Position numbers and translations under genes: made by a program. 64,000 nucleotides of DNA from Eledone cirrhosa (Eukaryota): assembly GCA_964016885.1 (NCBI GenBank), contig OZ024742.1, positions 87,234,001 to 87,298,000 of the forward strand, in the 5' to 3' direction. The notes under the pieces were generated by a model. The model did no database searches, was not told the DNA's origin, and saw only the letters and a list, made by a program, of their open reading frames with translations. Positions within the stretch are counted from its first letter, which is position 1. Every line of letters begins with the position of its first letter. Shown one piece after another: positions 54,779 to 64,000 of this stretch.

Positions 54779-57700
54779 GAGAATACCAATAGATATCCCG
54801 ACAAAATCGACGGTATAAATATGGCCGACACCTCATTAACAGATGAGTTCAACAACAACAACAACACAAATATATACGGCAACACGGTGATAGATAACGA
54901 TGAGTTATCTGTATTACTTCTACCACCGAAATTTGCGAAATTCAAGAAGGTAAATATGATTAGCTGTCTGTCAGAAATAGAAAAATCATTTACAAAACTA
55001 CGTTGGAGCCTCAAAAACAAAAACAAAAACAAAAGTAACAATATAAGCGCACACATATACAACACACATCCCAACAACAACAGACACACATACACAAACA
55101 ACAATAACAACAACACACACACTAACAACAACAACAATAATAACATACCCAGAAAGAACAACAGCAGACACGCAGACTCAAACAACAATAACAACACACA
55201 CAACAATAATAACACACACGGAGACAACAACAACACACATCAACAACAGCACACATCAACAACAACAACACACACATATTCGATGTCTCTCACCACCACC
55301 ACAATCTTAAACACACAAACACAGAAAACAAGTAATGACAGTAGCACAGACATCACAGAAATAAGTGTAAGTAATAGGATTAAAAGGACAAGGGAGACTA
55401 AGGACAAATAAAATAACCAACACGAACACACAGACACACAAAATAGGGTAGATAACAACAATGAGCCAGTGGAAAGAGCCAGGAGTAATTATGAGAGACA
55501 TAGAAACAACCATGAGGCTGTTGGTGGAAATAGAAATAGAAACAACACAACTAACAATAACAATAGCACTAGTACACATAAAGCAGCAGCCTGGAACTCT
55601 ACTTTTTATAATCCCTCCGATAAATCATTCGACCTGCGACGAGTCCACGCCACGACTTTACCATTTAACAAACGCACGCAATTGCCGTCGCAGGTCGATG
55701 AACAAACAGAAGCACAATTTAGTATAGCTAGATACGAACTTAGAAATATTATAGAACAGTATAGAAAGAAGCATAATAAAATGGAGGCCCAGCAACTGGG
55801 ATAACAATCTGGAAATGGCTTGCGTAAGCTCATGCAGCGCTCGCGTAATGGAGAGATAGCATGCTTTCCAACAGACAAGTCTGGCAGAATGTCGGTTGAC
55901 AGCCTGCCAAACTACATGCAGACAATGCTACCCCACATCACTAACACAAGAGAGGTAACGCCACAGGAGCATGAGGATAGAGAAAAAGCCCTCAATGCCC
56001 ATATGGTGATGTGGACGAGTATAATGCCGTCCAACAAAAGGACTGCCAACAACTTCCAGGCCTGGAACAATGACGTGCCGGCGTTGTATGGGCTTCGAAA
56101 AGACCATAAAACGGGCAGTGACCCTGTCACGGGACCACCAACACAGCCAGTCTGTGGAGCTAACATTGCTAGTAACTACAGACTGTCCTACTTCCGCTCC
56201 CTGATCATACGCCCCATAATTGAAATGTCCCCAGATGTATGTGACAGCACGAAGGACCTCCTCATCAGAATCGGCGAGAGTAACCGATCTAGGGACCTAA
56301 CAAACTGCATAATAGCTAGTATGGATGGTGTGTCCCTGTATCCATCTATTGACGTGGATTTTGCTGTGGAGAAATGCGTAGAAATCATCAGTGAGAGCAA
56401 TGTTGAGTTCCGTGGGATTGATACCAGTGAGCTGGGACTCCTACTTAAACTTACCTATAGTAATAATTACCAAGACACATATGACCTTAGCAACCTGTGC
56501 CCTACAAGACCAGCAAGAGACAGACCACCTACCATTACCTCAATGGCCAAGAAAACCCACACAGATAGATGGAACGGGTGGACCAGAGCCATACGGACAC
56601 CCGGAAACCACGATGAATTGAAGAAAATGATTGCACATGCGGTAGGGTCCAGCATAAAACTAACCCTTAGGAACATATGTTCAAATTTATGGAAAAACAT
56701 ATGCTAAAGAGGAAGGAGCAGCCATTGGTGTTAGCATAGCAGGCGACATAGCTAACTTATTCATGGTATGGTGGGACAGTAGACTTAAACTTAAACTTAA
56801 AGAACAATTAGAAGACCACTTAACCCTGATAATGTACTCCCGCTACGTTGATGATATAAACATCGTAGTGAAGACACCCCCACTAGAGGACAGTCAGGCA
56901 CTAGAGAAAAACACAATGGAAAGCATCCAGCAAATAGCTAACTCCATCCAGCAGAATATTAGAGTTACTATAGACTACCTAAGTAAACACCCCAACCATC
57001 GATTACCTGTACTAGACACAGAGCTCTGGTTAGATACCATTAATAACAAAAAACAAATCCTCCATTCCCATTATGCCAAACCCATGGCTTCCAAACATAT
57101 GATCCACCAAACTCGGCCGTTTCGGACCATACCAAAATCAACATTCTGATTGCGGATTTGGTACGGATGATGAGAAACGTGTCACGCATGTGCAACCCCG
57201 AAGAACTAGAGAGACACATACAACACTTCATCCTCCGTATGCAGTTCTCTGGCTACAATCAGGGAGATAAAATCAGAGTGTATAGAGGAGCCAGAACCAA
57301 ATGGGAAAAAATGGTAAATAATGACATAAATGGGACATGCCCCTTGTATAGAAGCAAGTTTTGGAATAGAATAGAAAGAACTAGGAACAAGGCTAATAGA
57401 ATAAACTCATGGTATGATAGAAATAAATACCAGAGTGTAATGTTCATCGATACAACCCCTAGATGTGAATTAGCTTACACATTTAGAAAGGCCCTAGATA
57501 AACATGAACTCAATATTAAGATAGTAGGAAGACCAGGTACCTCCGTAAAAACACTTATTAGCAAGACATACCCTTTTCAAAGACCCTCATGTATAGATAA
57601 GAAATGTATAACCTGTAAAATAAGCCCCCATATTAACTGTAAAACTAGTAATGTAGTGTATAGCATAAGATGTACTGAAGGACAATGTAGAGACAAAAAT

Positions 57701-57973
57701 ATAGTGTACATAGGTGAGACATCTCGTAGTGTAGGGGAACGGATAAATGAACACTGGCGAGACCTTCAAGATAGTAAAGAATCATCTGTACTCTACCAAC
57801 ATGCTAAAATAGAACACAAGGGTAAATTAGAGAACATAGAAATAAAAATAGAATCTACACACAGAAAAGACGCAATGTTTAGACAAATCACAGAGGCAAT
57901 AAACATAAAAGAATTACAACCAAAATTAAATAGAAAATATGAGTGGAACAGCAACATCACAACTTACAATTAA
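54779..57973 (+). pseudogene. PLE polyprotein (RT + CCHH GIY-YIG), a few stops and frameshifts
   Basis: LLLPPKF, PTDKSG, LYGLRKDHK, MDGVSLYPSI, GAAIG, RYVDDI, LPVLD, CIDKKCITC linker, VVYSIRC..C..YIGETSR..ERINEH..QHAKIEH..E..I..PKLN. Confidence 0.9.
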
Positions 57974-58173
57974 GGACAAAATGAAAAAAACACACACATA
58001 GAACAAACAACAAACCAGTAACATGTAAATAAACAAATAAATAAATGAACATAAACACACACATATACCCGAATGTGGCGCATGCGCAGACTGAACACAC
58101 AACACACACACAGAAACAAAATGGCGTAGGACAGAACAAAGGAGAGGCACAAAAAACAAAGAAAAGAATCCCC

Positions 58174-58217
58174 AGTCACTGAAGAGGTCACAGAGTGTGT
58201 GACGAAATAACTATGAC
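58174..58217 (+). ncRNA. Minimal hammerhead ribozyme motif in the PLE 3' terminal repeat
   Basis: GTCA-CTGAAGA-G-GTCAC-agagtgt-GTGAC-GAAA-taacta-TGAC; stem III imperfect; decayed homologue at about 7888-7930. Confidence 0.7.
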
Positions 58218-58639
58218 AATATATAAACAACCAACCAACCAGAAATTTATAAATTTATAAATTTATAAATTTATAAATTTATTATAATAAATTGAAGTGA
58301 AAGCGACTGGTGCGTGTGTTTCCTATTGGCAACATGACCCTCCCAAACTATAACAATATATATATATAAACTTAGTAAAATTGAAAAAAAGGACAACATG
58401 AAAGCAAAAACAAATAACAATATTATGAAAGGGAAAACTTAAACAGTTATATTTTGAAAATAAAAATACGAAGGAAAGACACAGAATTCCAGGCTATTCA
58501 GGAATTGAGTTGAACTCTGGCAGTGTCGACAACTAACAATACTACTGGTGTTACACCCGCTGCCACGAGGTTTGACGCAAGGGAAATCCCTCTTCGCGGA
58601 GTAAGAGAAAAGACGCGGAGGGGATCTGAATTAAACTGA

Positions 58640-58786
58640 CTCCAGTGCTTGACTCCTTTTTTATTTTCTCACCTTCGTAAAGAGGAAGTGCAAAGCTAAC
58701 CTCGACAGGATTTGAAATCAGAACCTAAATGAACAGAGCTCCTTGCCGTGGTACATGTTGTCCGACGCGCTACCGATGCTGCCAAT
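58640..58786 (-). mobile_element. Old diverged SINE copy
   Basis: Degenerate core and head (CTACCGATGCTGCCA). Confidence 0.6.
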
Positions 58787-58792
58787 CTATAA

Positions 58793-58977
58793 TAATTGTT
58801 TCTACTTTTGGCACAAGGCCAGCAATTACCCAGTGCCTTACTGGTACTTTATTTTATCGACCCGTAAGGATGAAAGGCAAAGTCAACCTCGGCGGGATTT
58901 GAACTCTGATCATGAAGGGACGTAACTATGCTGGAAAGCATGGCGTCCGACCATCTACCGATACTGCCAACCCACCA
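58793..58977 (-). mobile_element. tRNA-derived SINE (subfamily a) with target-site duplication
   Basis: AATCTATAATAAT at 58784-58796 and 58977-58989. Confidence 0.9.
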
Positions 58978-60419
58978 ATCTATAATAATGAAATCATTTT
59001 GAAGAGCAAATCATTTCTCTATGATTAAAATCGCGTTTCCCATGTCACCTTCGGCGGGACTCACACCTATCAATTGTTCATATCTCTATGCGGATTCCAT
59101 TAAGAATAATTGTGGTTCAGTTATGTATATTAACTATATATAAATACAAATATTTATAAATTCAAATGTCTAAGAGTATCTCCAGATATGTTTTCTTATT
59201 CTATATTAATAAACAACGTATTCAAACTAAAATAGTTTTTCAAATTCTAAGTCCAGTTCATGTGATTAATTCTATTAATGAATACATATATAGTTTTACA
59301 AATTGATATTTTCTCTTAATGCATTCCATAATAACTCATATAACTATAATGTATAGATCACGGATGAAATGAATTAGTTTAAAGTTATTAGGTCACCGAA
59401 ATGGATGAGAATGTAGTGTAAGATGTTTTAAGATACCTATATGTAGGGAGAAATGCCAAGCAACAAAGTGGCTGATAATTGCACGTAGTTCGATATATAA
59501 CACGATCGACGCTAGCCATTTTTGATTACCATTATCTCTACATCAATATGTTATTCTTACGTTCCAGTATATTTGTATTTTCTGTCTCTCATTCATTTCC
59601 TTTCTAACACCGCCTTTATGGGACCACAACTATATTTGGTGTCATCTGTCTATGAATTTTAAATCAGTTCATTGCTATTTCCTTTACACACATTATAGAT
59701 TTATAGGTGCATATCTTTGTGAAAACTATTCCCCATGAGGAAATGTATGATGTATTTGTCTTTTCTTTACATTTTTACAATAAACATTACTTGTAATGAG
59801 AAGCTATGTATATAGAGATCCACGGAACAAAATATTCCGTTTGCTTATTGTTGCTGTTACTTTTCTAGATACATGTGCATGTGTATCCAGCTCAGCTGGA
59901 TGCAAACGCACATGCAATTGTACCGTGTTTATTTGCTTTCATCGTTTTGTCGGCCTTCACAGCAATATCCCATGGGATTCTCCCAACGTCACCTTCTGTT
60001 GGTGTGGATTGTAACAGGTTTCCTCTTTTATGTCATAAAACATGTATATTACATATTTTAGCATGCCTAGTTTTATACTCTTATGGACTTAATACTTTGC
60101 ACTCTGAAAACAGGTGGCAAAAGTTCTGAATCTCCTCATATTTACCCCAACGCTATGTGCTACCTTGAAATAATCAGTTTAAGCGAACGGTAAAAACAAA
60201 GATAGATAACGTGGGTGTATGTGAATGTGTGAGTTTTATTCTGATGGCTTTTATATTTGGTTGTGTGTGCAACTGTGTATGCATGCAAATGTATATGGTG
60301 TGTGCATGTATGTTTGTGTGCGTGTTTTTATCTTCTTTGGCTATTGGATGTAATGGTGTGATTATGACCTCAATAACCTTAGTATACACAGTAGCTTTAT
60401 CAGTATAATATTAAACTGA

Positions 60420-60950
60420 GGATGCGCATACAGGCGCTGTGTCAAGGATCTCCATATTTCCCTTAGCCGCGTGGCCGCCGTTCAGAAGACGCATGACTCC
60501 TCAGCTTCTCTCCTTAATGCAACTGCTATCCTTGGTCAAGTGGAGACTGAGGTTGAACGATTAGCGCCTGGAATGTTTTCAGGCGCTCTCAACCTTCTGT
60601 CAATTGTGCTGTAAGATCACTAATATGGCGTTTTATATAGAGTTGTGACGGAAGAAAAGGACGACGAACATGTAGGCATCGACTAATATCAACTAGGTAC
60701 TCATTTCCTTACAGAAATACCTGGTTTGTTAGTGCTATAGAGATGCTTTGCCAATTCGAGATAAACTGTACAGGCATGGACATTCCGCTAGCTGGGTCAT
60801 TCCGAAATGCGAAGAGGGTGAATAATCTGTCCTACATGCAATCGTCCTGTATCCGATGATGTTTGGGTTTATGTTGAACAGGTGCTACCAGCTGAGTCCA
60901 TTGTGACGATTGTCCCACCCTGATTAACTTCTTCGTGTTTCACGAGAATC
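60420..60950 (+). mobile_element. Old Tx1 ORF2 C-terminal fragment
   Basis: CYRDALPIRDKLYRHG matches CYRGALPVRDKLYRHG near 28400. Confidence 0.65.
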
Positions 60951-61139
60951 ACACATGCAAATTACCAAGTGATTGAAACCGGATAACAGATGAATACTCA
61001 CTCAATATTGTTAAGAAAATATTTAGTGTCAATCGTTACTATAAAATCAATGGATGCCGGATAGATTACATTCTTCGACAAATCAACAACACAGGGACAT
61101 AAACTACCACTAGTGCTGTAGCTGTCCTAATAAACTAAA

Positions 61140-62330
61140 TATGAGAACAGGATGACCATTTCTTTTGTCTATTTGCCCTCTTTTTTAGTTTGATGTGGGG
61201 AAGATTTTTTTACTCTTTTCGGTGGGGAGGGGAATGTTAGCTAAACATTGACCTTGTGTGACCTTCGTCCGTGGTATGTCCTTGGTGGGTGTTGCTGGTT
61301 TTGTCGGCATTTGTTTTATTGTTGCTTGTGTAGCTGTTTTATTTGATTTTGTTGCTTTTACTGATTTTTACGTTACTCTTCCCTTTTTTATATTTTCTGG
61401 GTTGCTGTGATAATTGTTGGCGTTGCTAGGAATTGAGGTTTTTTCCCCCTTCCTTTTAGTTAATGGCAGAAAGCGCTAAAGTGACTTATTTAAAGAGTGA
61501 TTTGACGTTTGGCGTTTCACGCTTCTACACGAACAGATACATCTATACAACCTATAATATGCATTTGCTCACCAGATGGCATCTATAAGCTTTTGCAGTA
61601 GTTGCATAAGGATTTCGGCTCCACTCCCGACCAATGCTTTTGTCAGTCTTGTAGACTTTCGAATTTTCCTTAAAACATACCACGACTGCAGCTATTACCA
61701 CAGGAATGGCAATTTCCGTCGGAACGTGCGCAACTTTGATCCGTATTTGTCTCATTCCGCAATAGAATAGGAGAAACATGATATTTCACTGTGTAGGGGT
61801 TTCATGGAGTGAGATCCGGCTTCTTTCTTCATAGGAAATCTATCTAACACCCATTGTCCCCAAATCTCTGTCTCTTTGAAAGTCGTCTGGTTCCTTGAAA
61901 AGCTTAATACCTTCTGGATATGAGCCTCTCTGTCTCTTTCTATTTTTCTTCTTTTCGAAACAACAATACGATACATTACAGTCCGATGTATCATACTTAT
62001 TATCGTTTTTTTTATCAGCCATCATGCTTGCTTTACTACTTCGAATAAAGTGATTTTCAAAAATAATGTTCTGTGACATGAGCAGATAGTTTGGTAGTGT
62101 TTGCATTATTTCTTGATTTGTTGGTTGACTTGTTGTTGTTGCCGGTATTTTTGTTGTTGCTATTTTTTGTTTATTTCATTGTTATTGCCACTTTCGATGC
62201 CATCACTTCTGGATTTTTTTGTATTTCCTTCAACTTTTATTACTGTTGTTTTCATTGCTTTTGTCGTCGTTGCTGTTGGTATTGTTATTCATATTGCATA
62301 TGTTTTCATTATCATGTTGACTGATCAAAA
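61140..62330 (-). mobile_element. Old Tx1 ORF1 fragment
   Basis: RQIRIKVAHVPTEIAIPVVIAAVV resembles VKIRVTHVPPAIEIPWLIAAV at about 32400-32490; AAC-rich low-complexity flanks. Confidence 0.5.
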
Positions 62331-62729
62331 CCGTATTATTGAAAATAGTATGATTTTGTCTTTCTTATAAATCTCGCTCCATTATACATGCGCTGTCTTC
62401 CTCATTTTTAGTTACAAATTGTGACATCGACTCTCTCACTATATAAGACACGTTGTGTTCTCCACGCTCTGTGTGTGAATTCATATTTATAGCTTTTAAA
62501 ATTCTTCAAAGTAGACAACATGAACCAAGCTGACACTTCATCTGGAGAAGGGATGTCGTATCAATACTACTGGAGACATATGCGAGAGGCCGGTCAGTTG
62601 CACCAACATTTGCCAACTTTAAAACTCGAACAAATGATTAGAGGCGGTCAAATTAACAACAACAATATACAAATCTGGCTATAATTAACGAATAAATAAT
62701 AATAAAAATAATACATAATAATAACTGTG

Positions 62730-62885
62730 TCCTATTGAGTTTCAGTAATTGATATTATTTAACTGGAAAGGGTGTTGCTACCTGCAGTCTCAGATATTCA
62801 GGAAGTATCGGAGGGACTTGTGGTTCCCAGCAAGCATGACTTTTCAAGTGTTCCAAAATGCGGGGCTGAACTAATCTTCTTTAAC
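62730..62885 (-). mobile_element. Dong family 2 3' fragment
   Basis: Reverse complement is similar to 42300-42465. Confidence 0.6.
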
Positions 62886-62912
62886 CATCATTTATTATTA
62901 TTATTATTATTA

Positions 62913-63359
62913 TGTGGACCAGGTTGAAAGGACTAAAGACAGACACTTTTCTCTTCGGCCAATCCCTCATCAACTTCTTCAAGTTTCACCTGAAAATGAG
63001 CGTGAGGGTGGAGAGAGAGGTGCTGCTCCCCAGTACATTTGCTAAAAGGTGGGTGAATGTGGCGCGAATGGCTCGTGAGAATGGGCCTACTCTGACCATG
63101 CGCCTATAGGCTAGCTAACTTGAGGAGAGGGGTGCTCTCGTGGGTGCCCTAGAAGCGTAGGGTCGTTCAGGATTGGTGGGGTACCCGAATCACCCCAGGG
63201 TGATTTTTTATATTTTGCATAGTTTATTTTATATTTTATATTTTCATTGTTAAATTAGTCTTGCCATTGTGCACTTTTACTCGACCTTATTGTAAACCCC
63301 CACTGTCCCTGTCTTTGTATTGTCCCCTACATGTCGGCCCTTGTGGATAATAAATGAAA

Positions 63360-63361
<2 letters not shown>
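62913..63361 (+). mobile_element. 5'-truncated Tx1 3' end
   Basis: WTRLKGLK..LINFFKFHLK..RWVNVARMARENGPTL; (ATT)n on both sides. Confidence 0.88.
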
Positions 63362-63424
<63 letters not shown>

Positions 63425-63426
<2 letters not shown>

Positions 63427-64000
63427 AGTTGCATTTATCTTGCTTTATGTTCATACGAGTTATCACCAAGTCACAACCAGTGACCTCAAGAAACAACAAG
63501 GTCCGCCATGTTCAAGAAAGAACATACATACTCACACATGCATCATTAGGTGTTTAGACTTGTGATGTATTTATATGACAGAATATTCCTTAGTATATGG
63601 GCAGTTCCCATTAGTACTATCTTTTGAATTTCTCCTATACGCGGGTTTCCTCTGATTTGCGATAAGTAATCATTAGACCCCTTAGGTATCAGTCCTAGAG
63701 CGCCTACAACTACTGGTATTGTTTTAGTTCTCAATTCCACATTTTTCCAATTTCTATCTCCGGGTCCTTATACTTGCTCAACTTTTCAAATGTTTTTATA
63801 GATACATTCTTGTCTATTGGAACTGACATATCAATTAGCAGGCATATCCTCTTTTAAAAGTCCTTCAGTATTATATATGGTCTATTTGCATCTATGTTTC
63901 GGTCTGTTTGGATGCTAAAGTTCCACAAGATTGAGATGTGATCTTTTTCAAGTATGGGAGGTGGTTGATGCTCCCACCAATTCTTTTGATGGGGCAGGTC
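63425..64000 (-). mobile_element. Dong family 1 3' end (continues beyond the window)
   Basis: Reverse complement of about 36970-37545 (IPVVVGALG..IQKIVLMGTAHIL); ends in (TAA)n on its own strand. Confidence 0.92.

Larger units (their letters stand above)
54444..58368 (+). mobile_element. Near-complete Neptune-like PLE with 5' inversion
   Basis: RT and C-terminal GIY-YIG, hammerhead in the 3' terminal repeat, ends in (TA)n; 54444-54780 is inverted upstream ORF sequence. Confidence 0.9.

Noticed and set aside
54779-57973. Selenocysteine recoding as in Naiad PLEs
   Set aside because: The endonuclease is C-terminal, and the disruptions are TAA stops and frameshifts rather than TGA at Cys positions.

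Overview
AT-rich eukaryotic DNA made almost entirely of retroelements and microsatellites. The tRNA-headed SINE resembles octopus SINEs, so a coleoid (probably octopod) cephalopod origin is inferred. No intact host gene is recognisable; most listed ORFs are translations of (TA)n, (CA)n or (TAA)n tracts. There are three zones. (i) About 2.7-26.4 kb: many truncated, often inverted-duplicated Penelope-like elements (PLEs) with C-terminal GIY-YIG endonucleases inserted in (TA)n; most carry a CxCx5C linker (Hydra-clade-like). (ii) About 27.7-48.1 kb: one (TAA)n microsatellite expanded by alternating Tx1-clade (APE-RT) elements on the minus strand and R4/Dong-clade (RT-RLE) elements on the plus strand, with a mirror-image mini-cluster at 62.9-64 kb. 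(iii) About 48-62 kb: AT-rich sequence with SINEs, a near-complete Neptune-like PLE (54.4-58.4 kb) and old Tx1 debris. The main hunt result is that the terminal repeats of at least four distinct TA-inserting repeat families fold into hammerhead-ribozyme-like motifs with non-canonical cores and, in three families, 34-60 nt insertions in stem II, which standard descriptors would probably miss. All structures were read by eye and boundaries are approximate.
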